In this document: positions 9,001 through 17,879 of the stretch, piece after piece
Position numbering within the stretch: position 1 is the first letter of the stretch
Layout of the letters: each line of letters opens with the position of its first letter
NCBI GenBank assembly: GCA_030649345.1
Contig: JAUSKK010000029.1
Location: 5,718 to 37,717, forward strand
Reading direction: 5' to 3'
DNA length: 32,000 nt
Source of the DNA: Candidatus Iainarchaeum sp.
Lineage (GTDB): Archaea; Iainarchaeota; Iainarchaeia; Iainarchaeales; 0-14-0-20-34-12
The notes under the pieces: model-generated
The model's database searches: none
The model's input: only the letters and a program-made list of their open reading frames with translations
What the model was told of the DNA's origin: nothing
Program-made: the position numbers and the translations under genes

Positions 9001-9682
9001 AGAACGACAAACTGAAGAATTAAAAACATATTATGAAAGCGTTGGAAATACAGAAAATGTTGAAAGATTTGTCCGAGTAAAAGCTATGTTTCAGGCAGCC
9101 CAGCAAGAAGTTGAATCCATTAAACAATATTTGGCAGACAATGCAGATAATTTAACGATTGAAAATTTAAAAGACATTAAAACAAAAGTCAAATATATCA
9201 AAAAAGGAGTATTGAAAGATATTTTATATGTCATGCTGGCCAAAGAACCTAAACCAGCAACCAGCACAGGAACAGATATTAAAAATTGTGAAGAAAGTGA
9301 ACAATGTTTTGTCAGCAATTTAAGAGTTTGCCAGAAAGCATTTATGGAACATACTGAAGTTGGATTTTCTGGGAAAATTGAAATTACAGGATTGGAAGAA
9401 AACAAATGCAATGTAAAAGCTGCTGCAAATTATCAAGGAGAAAGTTATGAAATGGGCTGTGCATTTGACAATTATCCATTTGCTGATTTGAACCCGGAAA
9501 GCATGCAAAAATATTGTTCTGGCACATTAATTGAAAAAATGAAAAAAGAAGGAATTCGGACAGAGCAACCTACTAGCCCAGAATCAACTGCAGCAAGTAC
9601 TACGGATGAAAAAAAAGACATTAATGATCCATTAACAGGAGAACCATTGGTAAATCCAGCAGACAACAGTGAGGGAATTTAA
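6032..9682 (+). CDS. giant secreted Cys/Ser/Thr-rich modular surface protein (1216 aa), no membrane anchor
   Basis: GTG start preceded by AGAGTGA (Shine-Dalgarno-like). Signal peptide ends in VNA. Contains nine C-x7-C-x5-C-x3-G-[GA]-x-W-C modules, two CGN..C..GE..C..DC modules, seven C-x12-C-x11-16-C-x4-C modules, a coiled-coil segment and a C-terminal Cys domain. Many N-x-S/T sequons. Confidence 0.8.
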   Translation: MNKFEKIIFISVLLILLTFSVNAGTANYISTISCVGGQESQCYSSTAIGSTDCSGDGCSTVCKDGTYKYGPGTAGGSGWMDCVNSSGQPVADGATGLCAWESIGSCAQDGQVFNTSSTGYCSSGWGCVYDQTVTLSNTCQDGYTATSSCTYKKRVSSAYPNQTTCTPATPSCAGHECSSTNLSLCTSESTCETTGSANWCQTGYTSYTCQTAACATCSSSNLSACYTNSACTNASGYWNTTTNTCSAQTQSSCTSSGKYWCPNATGTNECQSTTCTTSTCTASTPQHCSTTTNCSNVGAVWCESTHLCYASGSQPSNCSSGECSTTSVTPCVSQGDCTSVGGIWCSATNNCKTTQAECTQSISCVPGSSPACTTSAECSTASGYWCSTYNQCYINSSGCPSAGSCDTSNRYACTSSSTCNTAGGTWCSIESTCFNPNENYCCSNTNLTGCETVDRCTQIGAGYWCARNNTCVSSSSQCTNTSTCSSSDYYQCNDSTGCSSIGGTWCPTTATTVAYCSSPGQSCTTIGMCGNSSCNVGETAGTCPNDCNENTSNYCSVNNPGGCKEPGTCTSIGGTWCPQTNTAPAGCAPPGITCQQGQTFCGNYVCETGETQYSCSTDCGNPKELVCPPKDKIEYEKKSCTANKGIGKIYMAPDGCEYFSCDYSTRTTCPTGDDERKAIDSCKNDGQDWVFNYYGNCKFVECLHKTVCASKEDLKATQKKCESLGLGYYYSSDYQGCPNIQCKQQDFKVVPPTPAQCRTEYDAYSGYRYVCDTTQNTCPSLDSQADSKRKCYDSGGRPDIVKGPSGCEYYTCNFGEDNSYFFDYQGCPSGEELQKTVNQCNEEGKEVFTEIGLNGCKNAKCVEPGTVEQKTEDACIGLPIEKYKEQKSACENQDGIFVEKCSAYECISKSDIGKCESIEPEKAVYEKCAAKGGELIVRRDDNKCPVFIECVGRNEVAEFEDTEVTDTIGAAQALEIVFNLEKLNLILDKLERQTEELKTYYESVGNTENVERFVRVKAMFQAAQQEVESIKQYLADNADNLTIENLKDIKTKVKYIKKGVLKDILYVMLAKEPKPATSTGTDIKNCEESEQCFVSNLRVCQKAFMEHTEVGFSGKIEITGLEENKCNVKAAANYQGESYEMGCAFDNYPFADLNPESMQKYCSGTLIEKMKKEGIRTEQPTSPESTAASTTDEKKDINDPLTGEPLVNPADNSEGI

Positions 9683-9978
9683 TGACTGAAAAAGAAACTA
9701 AATCCAAAGAAGGAATTTTAGACAAAAAAATGAATCTAAGCTTTAGCATGAGCCATATTATTATTGCAGTTTTATTATTGGCAGTTATTTCATTGGCTTA
9801 TGTTTTAATAACAAATCCCAATGCATTCAAGCAAAGCTTGGAGCGAACAGCTTTAGAAAATGAAACTGTTAATCCTGTAACCACAGAACAAGAAGCCAGC
9901 CAAGCCATTACAGGAATTGGACAAGACATTAAAGGATTAAGTTCTACTTTAGATGAAATTGATCAAAGCTTGGGTTAA
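9682..9978 (+). CDS. single-pass membrane protein, translationally coupled to the upstream giant protein
   Basis: TAATG stop/start overlap at 9680-9684. One TM helix (IIIAVLLLAVISLAYVLI) followed by a helical, charged tail. Confidence 0.6.
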   Translation: MTEKETKSKEGILDKKMNLSFSMSHIIIAVLLLAVISLAYVLITNPNAFKQSLERTALENETVNPVTTEQEASQAITGIGQDIKGLSSTLDEIDQSLG

Positions 9979-9992
9979 GTAAAGTCAATGTA

Positions 9993-10000
9993 TTTATAAT
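9993..10000 (+). promoter_or_regulatory. TATA box (TTTATAAT)
   Basis: Ends 22 nt upstream of ATG 10022. May be an internal promoter within the surface-protein operon. Confidence 0.3.
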
Positions 10001-10021
10001 AGAAAATACTTGAGTACTAGA

Positions 10022-12910
10022 ATGAAAAAGTTAATCTTATTTTTTTTAATTCTATTAGCTTTGCCTGCTTTCTCAGTTTATGAAATTGTAAATCAAACAT
10101 GCACCAGCACACAACAAGGAAGTTTTACACAGGCTAATTTGTTATTGGAAACTTCAGACAGTTATTTTTTAACCTCTGATAAAAATGTATACCAGGCTCC
10201 AAAAATAGCAATAGGTACTTGGACTTTGAAAGGAAGTATTCCGTATCGAATTACTCAATTGGTAAATGATCCTGCTACAAATACTTTGTATGCCGCTGGA
10301 ACTCCTGCCAATGATGGCTGGAATTTTTATACCTACAAGTCAGTAGACCAAGGGGTTACTTGGACGCTAGTCGGCACGCCGATTAATAGTTTGAATTATT
10401 TTTTATTTTACAGAGTAAATTCATTAAATGCCAGTAATGGATTCAACAAAATTTATTCCTTAGCCGGAGTCCCTCTTCAATGGTATGAGATTGCCAGCTT
10501 GGAAGAAGGAACACAAATTCGGGCAATTACATCCGGCAATTTTCAAGAGCATGCAGTAGGCTACAAGAATAATATTGGAACTTTGTATTCAGGACCATTT
10601 CTTAACCAGTTAACAGCCCGCGGTTCTTTGCCGGAAAATGAACAGCCTTGGGGTGATGCTTTGGGATTTTATGATGGAAACTTGTTTATGATTACCCAAA
10701 ACAATGAAGGAAAAGGTTCTGTTTTTAGGTCAATGAATTCAGGAAATACTTGGGAAAAAGTATTCACGCAAGACATGGCTTTCACTGAAATTGCCGGAAA
10801 ACCTGAAACTGGAATAAATGTTTTGGCAAGCAATGGAAATATTTTTAGATCCTGGAATGGAACCACATGGATTAGTTTGGGAACTTCTGGATTTTCTCCC
10901 ATGGGTGAATTGTTATCTCCGGAAGCGGGAAATTATTTATTGGCAGTCATTACTGGAAGATTGAATCAAGTAATATGCAATGCTTGGCCTATGTTGAAAG
11001 TAAAACAAAAAAATATTTCCGCAGCACCTGGAGCTACAGTAACTTTGGATGTTTCAGATTCTACAGATTTAGAAAATCATACAATTCAATACACTTGGAA
11101 TTTTTCTAGCGGACCCCTAGGAGCGCCAGCGCCTGTTTTGAATAATTCAGCCACAGCAATTGCAACTGCAATTATGCCTAACCAAACTGGAGAATATTTT
11201 TTTGAAATTAGATTAAAAGACAACGGAAGTCCAGCAATTCTGCCAGCCCAAGGCAGTGCAGATTTAATTACAGTTACAGTTCAAGAAAATCAAGCTCCAA
11301 CAGCAAATGCGGGCCCAGATATTCAATGCACAATAAATCAAAATTGCACAGTGCAAGGAATTGGAACAGATCCAGAAAATCAGTCTTTAGAATATAATTG
11401 GAATTTGGCACTGAATTCACCTCAAGGCCCAATTCAAACTGTCGGAGCAGAAGATCAAACAAATTATACTTTTACCGCAGCTCAAATTGGGACTTATATT
11501 TTAACTTTTGCAGTTACAGATAATGCCAATCAAACTGCAAAAGATCAAGTAACGATCACAATGGTTTCAGATCAAGTCAATCACGCGCCCATAGTAAATG
11601 CTGGACCTGATGTACTTTGTGTAATTAATGAAGAGTGTACTTTAGTTGGACAAGCCAGTGATCCAGATAATGATGAATTAAATTATTTCTGGACACCGGA
11701 AGTTATGCCAGGCAATGCCATCCCAGCACAACCACCCATTAGTCTTACTTTAGTGTTTACAGCAAACACAATTGGAAATTATACATTTAAATTAACTGCA
11801 CAAGATCGAGAAGATTTAGATGACCCGAACTTATTGGAAGCCAGTGATACAGTTAATGTAATCATGTTTGCCAGTCAAGAAGAATTAGAAGCAGCCAATC
11901 AAGTGCCTATAGCGAATGCAGGAGTCAATCAAATTGTACACACAGGAGAAATTGTTCAATTAAATGGAAATCAAAGTTCAGATCCAGAAGGACAAACAAT
12001 AAATTATGCTTGGACTCAAGTCAGCGGACCTTTAATTACAATTCAAAACGGAAATCAAATGCTTGCAAATTTTACTCCAACTCAAATTGGAACTTATGTG
12101 TTTCGATTAAGTGTTACAGATTCTTTGGAAGCCAGTGCCAATGATGATATTAGTATTCAGGTATTGGAACAAATTTCTGGAACACAAACAGTCTGCGGAA
12201 ACAATGTATGTGAAGAAGGAGAAAATGTTGTCAGCTGTGCGTTTGATTGTGAAATTAATTCAAGCGGAGAAAGACCAGGATTTAGTGTTCCTTTTGCGCG
12301 CGCAGGAAGAGATCAAAATGTAGAAGAAGGAGATTTTGTGATATTGGATGGAAGTACAAGCTCAGATGCAGATGAACAAGCACTGGCTTTTGAATGGGAA
12401 CAAACCAGCGGAGAAACTGTAGCCATTATTAATGCAGATCGAAGTAAAGCAATTTTTGTAGCAGGAGAAACAGGAACAGAATATGAATTCAAATTAACAG
12501 TCACAGACGAATCCGAAAATACTGCAACTGATTTAGTTAAAGTCAAAGTAGAAACTGTGACAGCTCGAAGAACTACCGGCAGCGGACAAAACCCAACAGA
12601 TACTACAGTAAATGCAGGAAACACTTTAGGAAATACATGCAGTGGAACTGTGTGTTTAGGATTTTGTTATTCAGGACAAGGAATATGCTGTACAGACGGC
12701 TGGCATTCGAATACTGAAACATGTCAAGAGTCTGGAGCACTTCCAATTGGAAACAATGTTGATTTTAATTTAGGAACTGGAGGAATGCCTGATTTTCTAA
12801 GCTCTCCGATTTTTTTAATATTAACTGCAGTTTCAATTTTAGGCGGAATTATTGCATGGTTCTTGAAATTTAGAAAAAAAGAACCCTATCAAAAAAAGCA
12901 AGCTATTTAA
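10022..12910 (+). CDS. membrane-anchored surface protein: BNR/Asp-box beta-propeller-like region, five PKD-like Ig domains, Cys stalk, C-terminal TM
   Basis: Signal peptide MKKLILFFLILLALPAFS. Asp-boxes SVDQGVTW and SMNSGNTW. Repeated NAGPD/NAGVN...(Y/F)xW...G.Y.F.L.V.D PKD-like units (nt ~10997-12559). CGNNVCEEGENVVSCAFDC module. TM IFLILTAVSILGGIIAWFL followed by KFRKK. Confidence 0.8.
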   Translation: MKKLILFFLILLALPAFSVYEIVNQTCTSTQQGSFTQANLLLETSDSYFLTSDKNVYQAPKIAIGTWTLKGSIPYRITQLVNDPATNTLYAAGTPANDGWNFYTYKSVDQGVTWTLVGTPINSLNYFLFYRVNSLNASNGFNKIYSLAGVPLQWYEIASLEEGTQIRAITSGNFQEHAVGYKNNIGTLYSGPFLNQLTARGSLPENEQPWGDALGFYDGNLFMITQNNEGKGSVFRSMNSGNTWEKVFTQDMAFTEIAGKPETGINVLASNGNIFRSWNGTTWISLGTSGFSPMGELLSPEAGNYLLAVITGRLNQVICNAWPMLKVKQKNISAAPGATVTLDVSDSTDLENHTIQYTWNFSSGPLGAPAPVLNNSATAIATAIMPNQTGEYFFEIRLKDNGSPAILPAQGSADLITVTVQENQAPTANAGPDIQCTINQNCTVQGIGTDPENQSLEYNWNLALNSPQGPIQTVGAEDQTNYTFTAAQIGTYILTFAVTDNANQTAKDQVTITMVSDQVNHAPIVNAGPDVLCVINEECTLVGQASDPDNDELNYFWTPEVMPGNAIPAQPPISLTLVFTANTIGNYTFKLTAQDREDLDDPNLLEASDTVNVIMFASQEELEAANQVPIANAGVNQIVHTGEIVQLNGNQSSDPEGQTINYAWTQVSGPLITIQNGNQMLANFTPTQIGTYVFRLSVTDSLEASANDDISIQVLEQISGTQTVCGNNVCEEGENVVSCAFDCEINSSGERPGFSVPFARAGRDQNVEEGDFVILDGSTSSDADEQALAFEWEQTSGETVAIINADRSKAIFVAGETGTEYEFKLTVTDESENTATDLVKVKVETVTARRTTGSGQNPTDTTVNAGNTLGNTCSGTVCLGFCYSGQGICCTDGWHSNTETCQESGALPIGNNVDFNLGTGGMPDFLSSPIFLILTAVSILGGIIAWFLKFRKKEPYQKKQAI

Positions 12911-12933
12911 ACAATAAAGTTCTCTTTGTATAA

Positions 12934-15900
12934 ATGAATTCAAACAAAATTTTGCTTTTTTTAGTCTTAATTTTTTCAATCCAAACAGTTCAAGCTCAAT
13001 GGACTGAAACCACACCTTTGCCTTTAACTGGAATGACAATTGGAAGAGATATCACACGAGCCAGTGATGGCACTTTGTATGTTGGAGGAGACGGCATTCG
13101 TGTTTATAGTGCCAACAGCAATGGAACTTCTTGGACAGATACTAGCGTACTTGGAACAGTTGCATTTAATGCATTGGCCGCCGGTGATTCTGGAAACATC
13201 TATGCATTAACTGGAACAGCAGCAGGAAGTGGGATTCATAGATACAATGGAACAACTTGGACAACGCTTAAAACATTTGACAATATTTCCAGTGCCAATG
13301 ACATAGTCTACGTTGGAAACAATACATTGTATTTTTCTTATTTTAATGATGTAAATCGTTCAACGGACGGTGGAGTGAACTGGGCTTCAACTGGGTTGGT
13401 TACAGCATTGGGTGGAAGTGCTTCATCGTATTCAGTGCAAGATTTAGATTACGATGAAACTGGAGCAATATATGCTGTAGTGCAAAGATTTGCTCCAACT
13501 CAAGCTGAAGTTTGGAGATACAATGGAACAACTTGGACACAAGTAGCTGCTCTGTTAAATTATTCTTCTTCAAGAATTTTGGCTCACAAAGAAGGTTCTG
13601 CACCAACTCAAGTTTTTATTAATAATAATACAATTTTACTCAAAGGAAGTGGTGATGGCGCATTAACTTTCAGTGAAATAAAAACATTTACAAACTCAGT
13701 TCAAAAAATTTACAGATTAAGTGATGGAAAAATTACAGTTTTAGAAGGAGTTAAAGTATGGCGTTCAGCCAATGCAGATTCAGATATTATTGCTGGAGCA
13801 ACATTTAATGATTTGGGAAATGTTCGAAGTACAGGAACTGCTGGTGGAATAACCCAATCCGCCAACGGAAATTTATATGTTCTGGCCTATTGGCTGGGCG
13901 CAGGAGGAAGCAGTAATTTTGAATCCGGTGTTTATTATTTTGGGTCAGCACCGCCACCCAGCCAAGTTTGTGGAAATGGAACTATTGAAAGTCCAGAAGT
14001 ATGTGATGGAGCTAATTTAAATTCTCAAACTTGTTCCAGTCAAGGTTTTGCTTCTGGAACTCTGGCATGTAATGCCAATTGTTTAGGATTTAATACTTCT
14101 TCATGTGTTTCAAATCCTGTTTGTGGAAATAGTGTATGTGATGCTGGAGAAACCAGTGTAAATTGCTCCATGGATTGTGGCCCAGCTTCAACAACACCCA
14201 AAGCTTGCTGTACCAATCAAGATTGTAGTACTAGCCAAATTTGCAATCCCAGCAATCAAAGATGTGAAACAAAAACTGGAACTTCTTGTACCAGCAGAGC
14301 CAATTGTCCTGCAGGCCAAAGTTGTGTTTCTGGAATTTGTGGAAACAGTACTTCAACAGATCCAAACCGAACAGGACAAGGAACCAATTGTAATGGAAAT
14401 AATGGAATTTGCCCAATTGGATATTATTGTTCTCCTGTAACTGACACTTGTGTTCCAGGAGCAGTATGTTCAACATCATCTACAGACATGAATAATCATA
14501 CGTGTCCGCAAACTTGTGCAACTGTAACAGAACAAGGATACAGTACTACATCTACAACTTGTTTATCACAATCTTGTATTCCGACTTTTTCAACTCAAAA
14601 CATTCCGAATGGACCAGTTCAATGTTGTGGAATCAATTGTCAAACTGGACAAATTTGCGGAAGTAATGGAACTTGTCAAAACAGACAAAGATGTTCTTTA
14701 CCAGCAGACTTTATTGGAGGAACTGGAAGCACAACAGGACCTTCATGCGCAACAGATACAACTTGCGCAACAGGATATAGTTGTCAAACTGGATTTTGTA
14801 GATTAGCACCTGATTGCCCAACAGGAAATACTTGCGGACAAGACAGATATTGTGCGCCTTCAAGTGCTCCAGTTTGTCCTGGATCACAAGAGTGTGAAAG
14901 TCCATGTCAAAGATACGATACTGGGTTAGGTCAATGTGTGCAAGATAATTCTTTGCCTACTTGTTCACCTGGAGAAATTCAATGTTGTTCAGACAGTCAA
15001 TGTGGTTCAACGCAAGTATGTGTTCCAGATGGAAGTTCTACTGGAATTTGTCAAGAAAGAACTACTTTAACAGCATGTGAAAGTCAATCCAGTTACCAAG
15101 AAATAACATGTACCACCAATGCAGATTGTGCAGGACATGGAATAAATCCAATTTGTAATACTGCAAACAATAAATGTTATAATAAAACAGGAACAACTTG
15201 CAGTCCAGGAGATACAACAAGAGGTTGTAGTCCGAATACAGAATGTTTAGAAAATTATTGTTCAACCCCAAGTCTAGAAATGGTACCAACACAAGGTTCT
15301 TGTGCACCTGGAACAACTTGTGCAACCTCAGGTCCAAATCAAAATTTATGTGTTCCTTCTGGAACAATTTGCCCCAGTTCAGGAAATACTTGCCCAATTC
15401 CAGAAACTCCAATCAACAATGTATGTTTTACCTGCCAAGGAGAAAATTGTACAATTACTGACAGTATTGAATGTCCTACAACAGGACAAACACAAGCAGG
15501 AAGTATTTGCAATACAGACACAGATTGTTCATATTACGAAAGTTGTAATATTCAAACCAATGTTTGCCAAACTTTAGCATGCACAGGCACAGAAGTACCA
15601 GTCAATCACCGGTGTATTCCTGGCAGTGATTTTTGCCAAGATGCAACACTCAGAGAATTGGAAAGAATTATTGAAACCAATACAACCAATAGTGAAGTAA
15701 CCAGTTTACTGGAACGATTGCAGACAGAAATAGCTGCAGGAAATATAGGACAAGCACAGAATACTTTGCAAAAAATTATTGAAAAATTACCTGGAACTCA
15801 AGGAACAGATACCATTACTTTATTGCGGGAAGCCAGAACACAATTGGAAGCAGGAAATGCAGGACAAGCTCAAGCCATTTTACAAAGAGCAGCCCAGCAA

Positions 15901-16023
15901 AGCGGAGTGGTTAGCTCAGAACAATTTTCCAACCAGCAGCAAATCCAAAATGTATTGTACGGAATCATCGGAGTTCTGACTGCAGTTATTGGAGCATTGG
16001 CCTTCTTGTATTACAAAAAATAA
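12934..16023 (+). CDS. membrane-anchored surface protein: BNR-like propeller, ~550-aa Cys-knot repeat region, helical repeats, C-terminal TM
   Basis: Signal peptide ends in VQA. STDGGVNW Asp-box and YNGTTW repeats. CGNGTIESPEVCDGAN... and CGNSVCDAGETSVNCSMDC modules. Many C-x3-(D/N)C-x2-6-C-x4-8-C units. Tandem ...EAGNxGQAQ..LQ helices. TM VLYGIIGVLTAVIGALAFLYY followed by KK. Confidence 0.8.
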   Translation: MNSNKILLFLVLIFSIQTVQAQWTETTPLPLTGMTIGRDITRASDGTLYVGGDGIRVYSANSNGTSWTDTSVLGTVAFNALAAGDSGNIYALTGTAAGSGIHRYNGTTWTTLKTFDNISSANDIVYVGNNTLYFSYFNDVNRSTDGGVNWASTGLVTALGGSASSYSVQDLDYDETGAIYAVVQRFAPTQAEVWRYNGTTWTQVAALLNYSSSRILAHKEGSAPTQVFINNNTILLKGSGDGALTFSEIKTFTNSVQKIYRLSDGKITVLEGVKVWRSANADSDIIAGATFNDLGNVRSTGTAGGITQSANGNLYVLAYWLGAGGSSNFESGVYYFGSAPPPSQVCGNGTIESPEVCDGANLNSQTCSSQGFASGTLACNANCLGFNTSSCVSNPVCGNSVCDAGETSVNCSMDCGPASTTPKACCTNQDCSTSQICNPSNQRCETKTGTSCTSRANCPAGQSCVSGICGNSTSTDPNRTGQGTNCNGNNGICPIGYYCSPVTDTCVPGAVCSTSSTDMNNHTCPQTCATVTEQGYSTTSTTCLSQSCIPTFSTQNIPNGPVQCCGINCQTGQICGSNGTCQNRQRCSLPADFIGGTGSTTGPSCATDTTCATGYSCQTGFCRLAPDCPTGNTCGQDRYCAPSSAPVCPGSQECESPCQRYDTGLGQCVQDNSLPTCSPGEIQCCSDSQCGSTQVCVPDGSSTGICQERTTLTACESQSSYQEITCTTNADCAGHGINPICNTANNKCYNKTGTTCSPGDTTRGCSPNTECLENYCSTPSLEMVPTQGSCAPGTTCATSGPNQNLCVPSGTICPSSGNTCPIPETPINNVCFTCQGENCTITDSIECPTTGQTQAGSICNTDTDCSYYESCNIQTNVCQTLACTGTEVPVNHRCIPGSDFCQDATLRELERIIETNTTNSEVTSLLERLQTEIAAGNIGQAQNTLQKIIEKLPGTQGTDTITLLREARTQLEAGNAGQAQAILQRAAQQSGVVSSEQFSNQQQIQNVLYGIIGVLTAVIGALAFLYYKK

Positions 16024-16033
16024 TTCCAGCATT

Positions 16034-16657
16034 ATGCCTAATTCTAATTTAGAAAAATATGCTTATGGAATTTTAACTAGAAATAATTCCCTGCGGGAAT
16101 ACGAATTTTTTTTATCCAACATCAGCTCAGAACTTTCATTGCAAGAACTGATAAAAGAATTTTTAAAAACCAGAAAAAAAGTACGATTACTGGATTTAGG
16201 TTCTGGAGAAGGACAGGCTTTAAAAGAATTAAAAAATTTATTCAAAAATCAAATTGAAACTATTGGAATGGATTTATTGAATAGCCCAAAAGAAAATTTT
16301 GATCGGTTTATTTTAGGAAATATTTTGGAAAAAGAATTTCCAAAAGAATGCGATATTATTTTAGGCTTCCGTTCACTGCATGAAATAGGAAATATTGAAA
16401 AAAATTTGGAAAAAATCTCTCAAGCACTAAAAATTGGCGGCTTGGCTTTTTTATCCATACGCATCCAAGACTCGCACAATGGAGTTATGCAATGGATTGG
16501 AAAAATAATTGAACAGGATTTAAAATTTTTGCAAAAAATCATTCAACAAAAAGAATGGAAAAATATGAAAATTCAAGGATATACAGTAAATGTAAAACTA
16601 GAAACTGCAGAAAGCATTACCAGTGGAGTGAACTTGATTTTGGTTCGAGTGCAATAA
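16034..16657 (+). CDS. class I SAM-dependent methyltransferase
   Basis: LLDLGSGEGQAL motif I. The ATG at 16034 is chosen because the tracked TTG start at 15989 overlaps the upstream gene. Confidence 0.7.
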   Translation: MPNSNLEKYAYGILTRNNSLREYEFFLSNISSELSLQELIKEFLKTRKKVRLLDLGSGEGQALKELKNLFKNQIETIGMDLLNSPKENFDRFILGNILEKEFPKECDIILGFRSLHEIGNIEKNLEKISQALKIGGLAFLSIRIQDSHNGVMQWIGKIIEQDLKFLQKIIQQKEWKNMKIQGYTVNVKLETAESITSGVNLILVRVQ

Positions 16658-16706
16658 ACAGAAAGAGTTTAAAAAATAAAGGTTACAATTACTAGAAGGA
16701 GATTAT

Positions 16707-17879
16707 ATGGGCAAAATATACGATGTGGCAGTCATTGGAGCTGGACCAGCTGGAGCCAGTGCAGCCAAAAACAGTGCACAATTAGGACTGGAAACTATAT
16801 TATTGGAAGAACATACAAGCATCGGAGAACCCGTGCATTGCGGAGAATGCTTATCTGAGTACGCTACACAAAATATTGGAATCAAATTGCCTAAAGAAGT
16901 AATTTCTTTAGATGTAAAAGGAGTTAAAGTAATTTTTCCAGATGGAACAGATCGAAATGTTTCCGAACCAGGCTATGTTTTAGAAAAACACCTATTTGAA
17001 CAATGGCTAGCTAGTGAAGCTGAAAAATTGGGAGCATATATTTCTTTGGATTCCAAAGTTACTGAATTAGAACGCAGGCAAGGATTATGGAATTTAAAAG
17101 CCAAAGACAAAGAAATTCAAGCCAAAATTGTAATTGATGCTTCTGGAGTGCAGGCAGTTACTTCTCGTTTTTTGGGAATCAATCAACGTTTCCAAAGTGT
17201 GGTGGGAATGCAGTATGAAATGCAGGAAGTAGAAACCACAGGATATTTAGATTTTTATTTATGGCCAGAATTAGCACCCGAAGGATATTTATGGGTAATT
17301 CCAAAATGCAATCAAAGAAGCAATGTAGGTTTAGTAACCACACAAATGAATAAAGCCAAAACATATCTGGATCAATTCACAAAACGAATTGGGGTAGATG
17401 GAAAAAAGATTAATAAAACATTTGGCGGAATGATTCCAGCCTCAGGTCCTTTGAAAAATACGTTTGCGGAAGGATTAATGTTGGTTGGAGATGCCGCAGG
17501 ATTCACCAGCCCTTTGTTTGAAGGAGGAACTCAGTTGTCTTTAAAGTCCGGACAATTTGCAGCTCAAGTAGCCAAACAAGCTGTTGAAAAAAATGATTTA
17601 AGTGCAGAACAATTAAGCCAGTATAAAAAATTGTGGTTTCCTGAATTTCCGAATTATGAAAAATTAATTGACGGCAGAGAAAAATTGTATAAATTTTCAG
17701 ATGTTGAATTGAGTCAAATGGCAAAAATCATGCCTATGGAATTAGGAACTTTAAGTTTTTTCCAAAAAATAAATGTTGGATTCAATGTTTTAATCAAGCA
17801 TCCGCATTTTTTTAAGAAAGGATTTATGCCGGCTATGCAAGCATTTGAATATTCTAGAGCTAAATTTTACGGCTGGTAG
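16707..17879 (+). CDS. geranylgeranyl reductase family flavoprotein (archaeal lipid saturation)
   Basis: YDVAVIGAGPAGASAA FAD dinucleotide-binding motif and a GDAAGF motif. Length about 390 aa. GGAGA Shine-Dalgarno upstream. Confidence 0.85.
   Translation: MGKIYDVAVIGAGPAGASAAKNSAQLGLETILLEEHTSIGEPVHCGECLSEYATQNIGIKLPKEVISLDVKGVKVIFPDGTDRNVSEPGYVLEKHLFEQWLASEAEKLGAYISLDSKVTELERRQGLWNLKAKDKEIQAKIVIDASGVQAVTSRFLGINQRFQSVVGMQYEMQEVETTGYLDFYLWPELAPEGYLWVIPKCNQRSNVGLVTTQMNKAKTYLDQFTKRIGVDGKKINKTFGGMIPASGPLKNTFAEGLMLVGDAAGFTSPLFEGGTQLSLKSGQFAAQVAKQAVEKNDLSAEQLSQYKKLWFPEFPNYEKLIDGREKLYKFSDVELSQMAKIMPMELGTLSFFQKINVGFNVLIKHPHFFKKGFMPAMQAFEYSRAKFYGW

Noticed and set aside
6096-15577. Many 60-116-aa alternative-frame and antisense ORFs inside the three surface-protein genes (e.g. 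6699-6923, 7122-7319, 14177-14440, 15062-15412, 15302-15577)
   Set aside because: They lie entirely within long, motif-rich ORFs. They have low-complexity products and no start context. They are artefacts of the biased TGT/ACT/AGT-rich coding sequence.
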